Assembly (NCBI GenBank): GCA_020627985.1
Contig: JAHDFV010000002.1
Span: 1 to 48,755 of the forward strand
From: Saprospiraceae bacterium
GTDB taxonomy: Bacteria; Bacteroidota; Bacteroidia; Chitinophagales; Saprospiraceae
DNA: 48,755 bases
Direction of reading: 5' to 3'
Below, in pieces: positions 7,957 through 16,867 of this stretch; positions within the stretch are counted from its first letter, which is position 1; each line of letters opens with the position of its first letter. The translations under genes were made by a program, and so were the position numbers. The notes under the pieces are model-generated. The model saw only the letters and a program-made list of their open reading frames with translations. It was not told where the DNA came from and did no database searches.

Positions 7957-10467
7957 ATGAATTATTTATACTGCTTTTCTATTGTATTTTTCTTCTTTAT
8001 TTCATCAACTTTTTCTCAATCTGATCTAAAGAATGAACTAGAAGCGACCCGTATTTCTTCATCTATAAAAATAGATGGTATTCTAAATGAATCAGATTGG
8101 CAAACAGCAAAAGTTGCCAATCAATTTACAGATGAAAAACCGATCCCGAATATTATTTCTACCAATAAAACGGAGGTGAAAATTTTATACGATGATGCGA
8201 GTATTTATGTCAGTGCGGTACTTCATGAAGTTTCAAAAGATAGTATTCTTAGACAATTGTGTTTGAGAGATGAAGGAAGTCAACGATTTAGAGGTCCTTT
8301 TGGAAATACAAATACTGATTGGTTTGCGATTGGTTTTGATAATTATATGGATGGTGTAAATGGTCTTTTCTTTTGTGTCTCAGCAGCAGGCATTCAATAT
8401 GATATGAAGTTATCATCTCAGGGTTGGGATAAAAACTGGGATTCCGTATGGAAAAGCGATGTCACGCTACATGATGACAAGTGGATTATAGAAATGGAAA
8501 TTCCTTTTTCTGCCTTACGTTTCCCTTCCGCTGAAGAACAAAAATGGCATGTCAATTTTTCTAGAGTCGTTAGAAGACAACGTTCTCAATCTTGGTGGAA
8601 TCCAATTGATCCTGCTGTAGATGGATTGTTAAATCAGTTTGGAATCTTAAAAGGGATTAAAAATATTAAATCTCCTATTCGCTTGCAAGCCACTCCTTAT
8701 GTTGCAGCAACTGTAGATCATTATAGAGAAAAAAACGGTGATCCTTCAAGTAAAACAGGAAGGAACATTGCAGGAGGAATGGATATCAAATATGGTTTAA
8801 ACGATGCCTTTACACTAGACATGACGTTGATTCCCAACTTTGGAGATGTGGTACAAGATGATCAGGTTTTAAACCTTTCTGCCTTTGAAATACGATTTGA
8901 TGAAAATCGTCCTTTTTTTACAGAAGGAACAGAATTATTCAATAAAGGAAGATTATTTTATTCAAGGAGAATTGGAGGAAGACCCTTAAACTTTTATGAT
9001 GCTGAAGATGATCTAAACGAAAATGAAAAAATTGATTCTAACCCCATTGAAACCCCCTTAATTAATGCGCTAAAATTATCTGGTCGAACTAACAATGGTT
9101 TAGGAATCGGTGTGTTTAATGCCATTACTCAAAAAGCACATGCCATTATTGTCGATACATTATCAGGCAATAAAAGAGAATTCCAAACCAATCCCAACAC
9201 GAATTATAATGTGATTGTTTTTGATCAAAATTTAAAAAACAATTCTTTTGTCTCTTTAATCAATGCCAACACAATGCGTTTTGGTGATGATTATGATGCA
9301 AATTCAACAGCTGTTGTTTTTGGTGTCAACAATAAAAAAAGAACAGTGAATATTCAGGGTTCTGGAAAATTGAGTCAGATTTATACCAAGAATATTGCCG
9401 AAGGAGGAATTGATACTGATTTGGGTCATGCCTACGGATTAGAAGTATCTAAAACTGGAGGAAAATTAAATTATGGTGCTTTTTATAATGTAGAAAGTGA
9501 TACTTACAATCCCAATGATTTGGGTTTTTTATATAATAATAATGAGCGTTCAATGGGAACATTCATGAATTTTAATCAATATGAACCTTTTGGCAAATTC
9601 AATAATGCAGGGTTAAATGTCTCTTTGTATTACAGTATGCTTTATGCTCCAAGTTATTATTCGAATTTTGGCGTAAACATTAATAATTATTATGTAAGAA
9701 AAACATTCTTCGCTTTTGGATATTCACTTAATTTCAGTCCAGTTCGGCAAAGAGATTATTTTGAACCACGTCAAGATGATAATTTTGAAAGTTATTTAGA
9801 TATTCCGCAATATTTTTCTCTGAATAGTTGGTTATCTTCTGATTATCGTAAGAAATTCGCTTATGATTTTCGTTTTGAATTTGCTCAGGCTAATCAAAAA
9901 GGGAGGTATGATATTGAGATGAGGCTTTCCCCTAGATTTAGATTTAATGATAAACTTTTTGCCATTTGGTCAACGAATTATGAAATCAAAAATAATAATG
10001 TTGGCTTTGCAGATTATGACAACAATGATGAAAGTGTAGTTGGGATTAGAGATATTACAACGATTGTCAATACACTTAGTGCGAATTATATATTCAATCG
10101 TAATATGGGTGTCACTTTAGAAGCAAGGCACTATTGGTCAAAAGTAAATTATGATTCTCACCATTTATTAAATAACAAAGGACGATTGTTGCCCTCAGAT
10201 TATTCAGGTAATACGGATTTTAGTTTTAATGCTTTTACCATTGATATGGTTTATAAGTGGAGATTTGCGCCTGGTAGTGATTTAGTATTAGTTTGGAAAA
10301 ATGCCATTTTTAATTCCGATGATGAGAATACGGATATTAATTATTTTCAGAATTTCAAACTATTTGGTGCTGCACCTCAAACCAATACAATTACACTCAA
10401 AGTTTTGTATTTTCTTGATTATTATACGCTTAAAAATAAATTAAAGAAGAAGAAAACGAACTTATAA
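7957..10467 (+). CDS. secreted CBM9-like/DUF5916-type protein
   Basis: Start chosen at MNYLYCFSIVFFFFISSTFSQ (signal peptide). The large beta-rich body has the aromatic/Asn-rich pattern typical of Bacteroidota DUF5916 proteins. The family call is from memory of that pattern. Confidence 0.55.
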   Translation: MNYLYCFSIVFFFFISSTFSQSDLKNELEATRISSSIKIDGILNESDWQTAKVANQFTDEKPIPNIISTNKTEVKILYDDASIYVSAVLHEVSKDSILRQLCLRDEGSQRFRGPFGNTNTDWFAIGFDNYMDGVNGLFFCVSAAGIQYDMKLSSQGWDKNWDSVWKSDVTLHDDKWIIEMEIPFSALRFPSAEEQKWHVNFSRVVRRQRSQSWWNPIDPAVDGLLNQFGILKGIKNIKSPIRLQATPYVAATVDHYREKNGDPSSKTGRNIAGGMDIKYGLNDAFTLDMTLIPNFGDVVQDDQVLNLSAFEIRFDENRPFFTEGTELFNKGRLFYSRRIGGRPLNFYDAEDDLNENEKIDSNPIETPLINALKLSGRTNNGLGIGVFNAITQKAHAIIVDTLSGNKREFQTNPNTNYNVIVFDQNLKNNSFVSLINANTMRFGDDYDANSTAVVFGVNNKKRTVNIQGSGKLSQIYTKNIAEGGIDTDLGHAYGLEVSKTGGKLNYGAFYNVESDTYNPNDLGFLYNNNERSMGTFMNFNQYEPFGKFNNAGLNVSLYYSMLYAPSYYSNFGVNINNYYVRKTFFAFGYSLNFSPVRQRDYFEPRQDDNFESYLDIPQYFSLNSWLSSDYRKKFAYDFRFEFAQANQKGRYDIEMRLSPRFRFNDKLFAIWSTNYEIKNNNVGFADYDNNDESVVGIRDITTIVNTLSANYIFNRNMGVTLEARHYWSKVNYDSHHLLNNKGRLLPSDYSGNTDFSFNAFTIDMVYKWRFAPGSDLVLVWKNAIFNSDDENTDINYFQNFKLFGAAPQTNTITLKVLYFLDYYTLKNKLKKKKTNL

Positions 10468-10556
10468 TTCTAGGAACTATTCTTTTAGAAATCCTGTTTT
10501 ATAAAAAAGATCTATATGATTTTTGATTAGGTGTAGCATTATAAATAAAAAACATT

Positions 10557-10564
10557 TATATTTG
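10557..10564 (+). promoter_or_regulatory. -7 box (TATATTTG) for tRNA-Cys
   Basis: Perfect TAnnTTTG match 20 nt upstream of tRNA position 1. Confidence 0.5.
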
Positions 10565-10583
10565 CAATCGCAATAATTAATAG

Positions 10584-10654
10584 GGTCGCGTGGCCGAGTG
10601 GCTAGGCAGAGCTCTGCAAAAGCTTGTACGGCGGTTCGAATCCGTCCGCGACCT
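10584..10654 (+). tRNA. tRNA-Cys (anticodon GCA)
   Basis: Folded by hand. Acceptor stem is GGTCGCG/CGCGACC and the D-loop is AGTGGCT. The anticodon stem is GAGCT/AGCTT with loop CT-GCA-AA. The T arm is GGCGG-TTCGAAT-CCGTC. The discriminator is U73, a Cys identity element. No CCA is encoded. Confidence 0.9.
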
Positions 10655-10663
10655 CTATATTCA

Positions 10664-10691
10664 AGTCCTCTTACTGTTTAGTAAGAGGACT
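10664..10691 (+). terminator. intrinsic terminator after tRNA-Cys
   Basis: AGTCCTCTTAC/GTAAGAGGACT stem followed by TTTGTTTTT. Confidence 0.75.
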
Positions 10692-10716
10692 TTGTTTTTA
10701 TAATTAACTACTATTT

Positions 10717-11028
10717 CTATCTATAATAAGTTCTATACGTTTGTCCTGTATCTATTATTAATTCTGACTCAGAAACGCTTACTATTTTAAAAGAATAAGT
10801 ATCATTTAGAGAAGGAGGATCAACAATTACTTCATTGCAGTTTAATACATAGGTTCCATTTTCGATTAAATTCCCTTTTATTTCTGTGTTTGTTATTTCT
10901 AAGTAACTACTATTTCCAACAAATACAAAATACCAAATATCAGTAATATTCTCTTGTTCAATGCATTCTTCTTTAGAACATGAGCTTGAGAAAAGAACAA
11001 TAAAAATGAATAATAGTATTTTTTTCAT
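10717..11028 (-). CDS. small hypothetical lipoprotein
   Basis: 103-aa ORF with signal peptide MKKILLFIFIVLFSSSC and a lipobox Cys. Confidence 0.6.
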   Translation of the reverse strand: MKKILLFIFIVLFSSSCSKEECIEQENITDIWYFVFVGNSSYLEITNTEIKGNLIENGTYVLNCNEVIVDPPSLNDTYSFKIVSVSESELIIDTGQTYRTYYR

Positions 11029-11126
11029 CGTTGTTTTTTTTTAAATAAAGATATCAACTAAATTAATATATAGAATTAAATTGCCTTCCAATTTTCATTT
11101 ACATTTTTTAAACTAAAACTACCTAC

Positions 11127-11477
11127 ATGAAAGCCAATAAATACCAAGAACTCGCAGGAAGAACATTAATTGATAAACCTGATTTTGAAATCAAGGATAA
11201 GGAAGTCATGATTTCTTGGAATGCTCTAGGATTAGCAGGTGAATCAGGAGAAGTTGTTGATTTAATAAAAAAAGGAATCTATCATCAAAGAGGTATAGAT
11301 AAGGATTTAATCAAGAAAGAATTGGGAGATGTATTGTGGTATGTTTCTGCTCTGTGTACGCAGTTTGATTTTACATTAGAAGAAGTAATGGAAGCCAATA
11401 TTAAAAAATTAAAAGCACGTTTCCCAGAAGGCTATTCCTCTGATCGAACGACATTTAAAGATGGGGATGCTTTTTAG
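11127..11477 (+). CDS. MazG-like nucleotide pyrophosphohydrolase domain protein
   Basis: 116-aa ORF with the all-alpha NTP-PPase motifs GLAGESGEV...ELGDVLWY. Confidence 0.75.
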   Translation: MKANKYQELAGRTLIDKPDFEIKDKEVMISWNALGLAGESGEVVDLIKKGIYHQRGIDKDLIKKELGDVLWYVSALCTQFDFTLEEVMEANIKKLKARFPEGYSSDRTTFKDGDAF

Positions 11478-13618
11478 GACACTAATTTTTGAAGACCTTT
11501 TTTGATCGTAAAATTAAACCGAGAACCTTTTCCTTCTTCTGAGTCTACCCAAATTTCACCGCCATGTTGTTCAATGATTTTTTTACAAATGGCTAAGCCA
11601 ATACCTGAACCTTCATATTCCATTTTAGTATGAAGTCTTTTGAAAACTAAGAATATTTTTTCTAGATATTCTTTCGATATACCGATCCCGTTATCTTCTA
11701 CTGTAAACAGCCAATTGTCTCTATTTTCTTTACAAGTAATATGAATTTCTGGCATTTCTCCTAACTTTTTAAATTTAATGGCATTGCCAATTAAATTTTG
11801 AAAGACTTGTCTTAATTTCGTTTTGTTAAAATTTAAAGCATTTGGTAATTGCTCTAAGGTAAATACCGCCTTCGGATTTTCTTGAAGCATGTGCAATTCA
11901 ATCAAATCAGAAACCATTTTATTCATGTCTAATTCTCTTACGTCCAATTCTTCTGTTGTGACTCTAGAATAGGTTAGAAGGTCATGAATTAGATCATTCA
12001 TATTTTGAACACTCTTTGTGATATAGCCCATATATTCTTTGGCATTATCATCAAAAAGATCTCCATATCTTCTTTGTAATAATTCAGTAAAACTAGATAT
12101 CGAGCGGAGCGGTTCTTTTAAATCATGTGAAGCAACATAAGCAAAACTTTCTAGCTCCATGTTAGAACTAATATAGTTTTTCAATTCTTTATTTTTTCGA
12201 TCTAATTCTTCAATTTGTTTAGATATTTTTCGTTCAGTTTCTAAGCGTTCTGTCAAATCATTAACGAACATTACTGCAGCAGTTTTACCCGCCAAAGTAA
12301 TGGGAGAAAATGTTACTATGGCATCAAATAATTCACCCGTTTCTTTTCTTTCGAATTGCCATTCAAAACTGATTTCTTCTAGAGTCGCTTTAAATTCTGT
12401 TAGAATTTCATGAACTTTATCCGCAGATTTTCTACCATCTGGTTGGTACATGGGACTTTGATTGGGCATACTACTGACCAATAATTCTTCTCTTGGTTTT
12501 CCAAACATTCTTACAGCTGCTGGATTCACATCAATTGCTTCATTGTTTTGGAAATTAATTACAACTATTCCTACTTGAGAATTATTGAATAAAGCTTTAT
12601 ACCTTTCTTCTTTTTCTTTTATTTCTAGTTCATTTCTTTTGACTTGCGTAATATCTTGGATACAAGTCAAGAAAAAACGTTCATTGTCTCGTTCAAAAAG
12701 ATTAACCCAGATTTTGGTAAGGATTACATCTCCATTTTTTTTCTTGTATTCTTTTTCTAATTCGAGATGATTTATTTCTCCTTTTAATAATTTTTCAACT
12801 TTTTCAACATTCCCTTTTCTTTCTTTATAGGTTAAGACTTCAAATGAAACACCATTTAATTCATCTTTTTCATAACCAAAAGCATCTACAAAAGCTTGAT
12901 TGGATTCGATAATAACATTATCCATATTCGCAACAGAAATCCCTAAAGGATTCATTTTAAATATAGATTGAAACCCTTCTCTACTTTCTTGAACTTGACG
13001 CTCTCTAATCACGATCTCAGAAATGTCTCTAAAAACAATTAATGCATGTGGGATATTTTTTAATTCAATGGGTAATAACGTAACATTTGCATGAAATACT
13101 TCTCCATTTTTTCGTTCATGTTCGAATGAATAATTAAACTCAGAACCTAATGCGAGTTGTTGTAAAGTATTATTTAATATTTCACTGATATCATTGCCAT
13201 CTTTGGGAGAATCATATAAAAATTCAATAGGATCTAATGTTTTAAATTCTTCTTCAGTATAACCAAAGATGGTACTCATAGCTAAATTAGTTTCAACTAT
13301 TTTATTTTCTAAAACATTATAAAGAATTATACCATCAAAAGAACTTTCGAATAGTGTTTTGTATAATTTCTCATGTTCAACTTGCTTGTCTTTTGTAATG
13401 ATTAATCGACCTAATTCAAAAATTTCTTCTTTTTTGTTTTTTAAGAAATTAAGATATTCATGAACGTTAAGAACGCGAGTGATTAACATTCTTTTATGGA
13501 TACATGCAGATAAAAGTGAGTCAGAATAATCATTCGGGCGTAGGAGCGTCTGCTCTCCAATAATCGTAACGATTCGAGAGAAATAATCATGGTTTAATTC
13601 CATTGATGATTTCAACAT
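11474..13618 (-). CDS. multi-PAS sensor histidine kinase
   Basis: Several PAS-like repeats, an H-box (ASHDLKEPLRSI), an N-box (NLIGNAIKF) and a G-box (GSGIGLAICKKI). No TM segment and no adjacent response regulator. Confidence 0.85.
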   Translation of the reverse strand: MLKSSMELNHDYFSRIVTIIGEQTLLRPNDYSDSLLSACIHKRMLITRVLNVHEYLNFLKNKKEEIFELGRLIITKDKQVEHEKLYKTLFESSFDGIILYNVLENKIVETNLAMSTIFGYTEEEFKTLDPIEFLYDSPKDGNDISEILNNTLQQLALGSEFNYSFEHERKNGEVFHANVTLLPIELKNIPHALIVFRDISEIVIRERQVQESREGFQSIFKMNPLGISVANMDNVIIESNQAFVDAFGYEKDELNGVSFEVLTYKERKGNVEKVEKLLKGEINHLELEKEYKKKNGDVILTKIWVNLFERDNERFFLTCIQDITQVKRNELEIKEKEERYKALFNNSQVGIVVINFQNNEAIDVNPAAVRMFGKPREELLVSSMPNQSPMYQPDGRKSADKVHEILTEFKATLEEISFEWQFERKETGELFDAIVTFSPITLAGKTAAVMFVNDLTERLETERKISKQIEELDRKNKELKNYISSNMELESFAYVASHDLKEPLRSISSFTELLQRRYGDLFDDNAKEYMGYITKSVQNMNDLIHDLLTYSRVTTEELDVRELDMNKMVSDLIELHMLQENPKAVFTLEQLPNALNFNKTKLRQVFQNLIGNAIKFKKLGEMPEIHITCKENRDNWLFTVEDNGIGISKEYLEKIFLVFKRLHTKMEYEGSGIGLAICKKIIEQHGGEIWVDSEEGKGSRFNFTIKKGLQKLVS

Positions 13619-13700
13619 ATCTTAAATTGCCCTATGAATTTAGTGATAAAATCTTTTGTGTGTATGTGTGTACGGAAAAATTACAAATAAGATTCTATTA

Positions 13701-14381
13701 TTATTTATAATTTTCAAACAAAATTGTACCAAAATCTTTCTTTGTTTTTATCTTTTCTTTTGTCTCTTTTGGATTACTCATATGAAAATGTTCTCCTCCT
13801 TTTTTATGCAAAAACCAATTCCTTTCTCCTTTATTATATTTAAATGTTATTATATCTGTCCATCTCATCGCACTCCCACCATAATGCTCTATGGAAAAGT
13901 ATCCATTTTTAATGACTATATCTTGATAAGGATCTCCGATCACTCCACCACAATTAGAACATAAAACAACATTATCATTTCTTTTTTCTAGAATCAATTT
14001 GCCTTCAGAATTTCGCATGAATAGAAACAGGAGTCTTTTCTGATCTTCTTTATTTAATTCTGCATTAGGATTGTGTGCTATAAGTACTACATCATTTGTC
14101 AGATCATCTAGATTAAGATCGCCATATTCAAAATCTAAAACCTTATACTCTTTTGGAATAAAACTTATCAGATATTCTAATTCTGATAAATCATTTTTCC
14201 CTATAAGGTGTTGATTTTCAAATTCGATTTCATTTGTATTATTTGATTCTATTGAGTTATTATCAATTTCAGTTCTTTCTGTGTTTATATCATCTTTAGA
14301 TAAATTTTCTTTAGGTATTTCTTGGTTCTGACAAGCTGAAAAGATTAGTATTATTAAGAGAATTTTTAGTAAATTATTCAT
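13701..14381 (-). CDS. hypothetical lipoprotein
   Basis: 226-aa ORF with signal plus lipobox (LIILIFSAC). I recognised no family. Confidence 0.6.
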   Translation of the reverse strand: MNNLLKILLIILIFSACQNQEIPKENLSKDDINTERTEIDNNSIESNNTNEIEFENQHLIGKNDLSELEYLISFIPKEYKVLDFEYGDLNLDDLTNDVVLIAHNPNAELNKEDQKRLLFLFMRNSEGKLILEKRNDNVVLCSNCGGVIGDPYQDIVIKNGYFSIEHYGGSAMRWTDIITFKYNKGERNWFLHKKGGEHFHMSNPKETKEKIKTKKDFGTILFENYK

Positions 14382-14435
14382 TGTAATTTAATTCATTTTA
14401 TTCTTGAAGTTATATAAAAACGAACTATAAAAAAA

Positions 14436-14460
14436 GGGGAAATGCATTTAGCGTTTCCCC
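14436..14460 (-). terminator. intrinsic terminator after the Gly-rich lipoprotein gene
   Basis: GGGGAAATGC/GCGTTTCCCC stem flanked by A5 and T8 runs. Confidence 0.75.
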
Positions 14461-14483
14461 TTTTTTTTATTTTGAATAGAATA

Positions 14484-15971
14484 TTAGGTTTGTGCCATTT
14501 TTTCCCAATCTATTTTTACAGGTTCTTTTATATAAATAGGCGTTGGTCCTTTATATCCATCTGGAGCTCTAAATCCTCTCATTCCCGTTCTTCCTCTTCT
14601 TCCATCTCTACCATTACTACAGCCTCCTTTTCCTCCTTGTCCTGGATTCTCTGAATAGCCAGCCATTCCTGCATCTCCGCCTCTGCCGCCAGAAACATCA
14701 TATCGAATTAAATATTGATACGCCGATGCAGATTCATCTATATGGAAAGTTATTGTCCCACCTTTTCCTCCGATTCCGCCATCACCACCATCACCTCCAT
14801 GCCCTGAAAAGCCACCATTGCCTCCTACTCCACAAGTTTCTGTAGTGGTACCATCTTTATGCGTCACTTTTTTTACATCATCTCCTCTACCGCCATCTCC
14901 GCCTCTGCCGCCAATGCCACCATCTCCGCCATGACCGCCATGACCACCTCTTGCATATATCAAATAACTTCCACCTTCTGGTGTAAATTTAGCAACACTT
15001 TTTCTTCCTGAATATTTACCAATACTTAATACGGAAACGATGGTTATTCCTAATTCTTTGTTCTCTTCAGCTGATACGTAAACATCTACTGCTTCTCCAT
15101 CCATACCATTTTCACCGACTCTACCATTTTCACCATGGCCTCCATTTCTACCCTGTCCGCCATCTCCGCCAACTGAACTAAACTTTCTTCCTTTTTGCCC
15201 CCAAAATCCATTGTTTCCTCTTCTACCATGTCTTCCTGATTTTCCATCATAATAAGCAGAATATTTCCCTTTATAATCTAATGGAATCGTCAACTCCGTT
15301 TTTAATGTAGGATTAGATAACAATGAAGCAATTACTTTTACTTTATGATTCTCTGGAAACCCAATTATAATTTCACCTTCTCTATAAGTTCCTCCTTCTA
15401 CTTCTACTGAATACAAGCTCCATTCTTTATCACCTCTTAGAAAACCTTCGGTCTGCGTGATTTCATTATTATCAAATACATTGGTTATACCTAATTCTAT
15501 TTTTCCTCTTGGACCTAATAGAGCATTAGATTTATCATATTCTATTTCAATTTCTTCGATATTCCTTAATGGAATTGTTTTTCGGGTATTCAAAGTAGTA
15601 TTTCCTTTTAACTCTACATATAAGATCACTTCTTTCACATCCGATTTATTACCTTCTTCAATATAAACTACTCCTTCATGAAAAGATCCCCCTTCAACTT
15701 CTACATTAAAGTTCTCCCAGCTTAATTTCCCCCGTAAATACCCAGGGGTCTTCTTCACTTTTCTTTTCGCAATCATTTCTATACCAAATGGAATGGTTTC
15801 TCCATAAGAATAAATCGTTTTATAATCGTACTTAATTGCTATTGAATTTGCTTTCTCTGGTTTCTTAATATGCTGTAAGCCTCCAACTGATTTATACATA
15901 CAGCTATTAAATAGAAAAATAGTTCCAAATAAGAAGATGATCGTTTTGATGTTTAACATTGATTTTTCCAT
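14484..15971 (-). CDS. lipoprotein with a duplicated N-terminal domain and four glycine-rich (GGX/GXY) blocks
   Basis: 495-aa ORF with lipobox LFNSC. It has two ~90-aa repeats sharing G[YF]LRG..W..[FY].VEVEGG.[FY].EG....TIPL. These are followed by blocks such as GGHGGHGGDGGIGGRGGDGGRG. Confidence 0.7.
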   Translation of the reverse strand: MEKSMLNIKTIIFLFGTIFLFNSCMYKSVGGLQHIKKPEKANSIAIKYDYKTIYSYGETIPFGIEMIAKRKVKKTPGYLRGKLSWENFNVEVEGGSFHEGVVYIEEGNKSDVKEVILYVELKGNTTLNTRKTIPLRNIEEIEIEYDKSNALLGPRGKIELGITNVFDNNEITQTEGFLRGDKEWSLYSVEVEGGTYREGEIIIGFPENHKVKVIASLLSNPTLKTELTIPLDYKGKYSAYYDGKSGRHGRRGNNGFWGQKGRKFSSVGGDGGQGRNGGHGENGRVGENGMDGEAVDVYVSAEENKELGITIVSVLSIGKYSGRKSVAKFTPEGGSYLIYARGGHGGHGGDGGIGGRGGDGGRGDDVKKVTHKDGTTTETCGVGGNGGFSGHGGDGGDGGIGGKGGTITFHIDESASAYQYLIRYDVSGGRGGDAGMAGYSENPGQGGKGGCSNGRDGRRGRTGMRGFRAPDGYKGPTPIYIKEPVKIDWEKMAQT

Positions 15972-16187
15972 GACCTTGATTTTTATCGTTAATATTATTT
16001 GTTGTTGAAATAAATATATGTGGCTAGGACGTCTGGAAAAGTATATAAAGGGTTAAAAGACTACTAATAAAAAGATAATATTGTATGGTATCGGTTAAGA
16101 ATCGTTAATTTCTATTTTGAGATTACAAGTCATTATACATTCATTTACAATTCATTATGAATTCAAAAAGCAGTATTTATAAAAAAA

Positions 16188-16217
16188 GCGATGAGCTACA
16201 AATTGCAACTCATCGCC
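16188..16217 (-). terminator. intrinsic terminator after the Cys-rich peptide ORF
   Basis: GCGATGAG...CTCATCGC stem with a T7 run on the minus strand. Confidence 0.7.
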
Positions 16218-16244
16218 TATTTTTAAATTAAGGTTAAATATTTA

Positions 16245-16349
16245 TTAGCAACAGCCAGTAGGACAACATCCTCCACCGCAGCATAATAAACAAATTAAGC
16301 CCAAGCCTCCAATTACGGAAAGCACTATCATTGCTTTTTTCATTTTCAT
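16245..16349 (-). CDS. 34-aa Cys-rich membrane peptide (not in the ORF track)
   Basis: Hand translation gives MKMKKAMIVLSVIGGLGLICLLCCGGGCCPTGCC. It runs in the same direction as arsR, 65 nt downstream. It has its own copy of the arsR-associated palindrome upstream and a terminator downstream. Confidence 0.55.
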   Translation of the reverse strand: MKMKKAMIVLSVIGGLGLICLLCCGGGCCPTGCC

Positions 16350-16380
16350 TAATTTTTAAGTTAAAAAATAATATTTATAT

Positions 16381-16396
16381 ATCGTAATATTACGAT
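16381..16396. promoter_or_regulatory. perfect 16-bp palindrome ATCGTAATATTACGAT (candidate ArsR operator, copy 2)
   Basis: Identical to the palindrome at the arsR start. It lies 31 nt upstream of the peptide ATG. Confidence 0.55.
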
Positions 16397-16414
16397 AGCT
16401 ATAGCCAAAAAAAA

Positions 16415-16729
16415 TCAACAGCAATTAAACATTCCTCTAATATTAGAAAACCATTTTCCAAATTCAATCATATCAATACAATAACATCGATTAGGTCCAT
16501 CAATTTCGCCTTTTACGATGCCTGCTTCTTTCATTGCTTTTAAGTGTTGAGAAACTGTCGATTGCGATAAAGGTAATTCTTCTACAATATCTCCACATAC
16601 ACATGCCCCCTTTTGTAATAAGAATTCTAGAATAGCAACTCTAGCAGGATGCGCTAATGCTTTAGCCATATCGGCTAAGTCATTTTGTCTTTGTGTGAAT
16701 AATATTTTTTTACTTTTCCCCATATACAT
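16415..16729 (-). CDS. ArsR/SmtB-family metalloregulatory transcription repressor
   Basis: Winged-HTH pattern ([13 protein letters not shown]...[16 protein letters not shown]), a CVC metal-site motif (GACVCGD) and a C-terminal CC. The true start may be the second ATG at 16723. Confidence 0.85.
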   Translation of the reverse strand: MYMGKSKKILFTQRQNDLADMAKALAHPARVAILEFLLQKGACVCGDIVEELPLSQSTVSQHLKAMKEAGIVKGEIDGPNRCYCIDMIEFGKWFSNIRGMFNCC

Positions 16730-16743
16730 CGTAATATTACGAT
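16728..16743. promoter_or_regulatory. perfect 16-bp palindrome ATCGTAATATTACGAT (candidate ArsR operator, copy 1)
   Basis: Overlaps the first in-frame ATG of arsR and sits 5 nt upstream of the second. Confidence 0.55.
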
Positions 16744-16819
16744 AAAGCTATTAGCAATGCAAATTATTGACAGTATTTATTATAAAAATTTGTCCGTAGT
16801 TTACCATCTCTTCATAAAG

Positions 16820-16835
16820 TAGACAAGTCTGTCTA
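16820..16835. promoter_or_regulatory. palindrome TAGACAAGTCTGTCTA (candidate TetR operator)
   Basis: TAGACA-N4-TGTCTA, 33 nt upstream of the tetR start. It shares GTCTGTCTATTT with the site before the SDR gene. Confidence 0.45.
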
Positions 16836-16867
16836 TTTCATGTTGGGATTTTATATATCTTTAAATT

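Noticed and set aside
10584-10654. tRNA-Cys as an integration site for a genomic island
   Set aside because: There is no integrase, no recombinase and no direct repeat of the tRNA 3' end in the flanking kilobases. The neighbouring genes look like ordinary chromosomal genes.
13657-13672. TGTGTGTATGTGTGTA purine-pyrimidine alternating tract upstream of the histidine kinase
   Set aside because: It is only 16 nt long and interrupted, and there is no evidence of repeat-number variation or a regulatory role. It is probably incidental.
14574-15242. Bacterial collagen-like triple helix for the Gly-rich region
   Set aside because: Gly does occur every third residue, but only in runs of 7-9 triplets broken by beta-like segments. 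The X position is mostly a second Gly, and Pro is nearly absent. This fits GGX polyglycine-II or Obg-like motifs better than Scl/BclA-type collagen. It is not excluded and is listed as an alternative in the finding.
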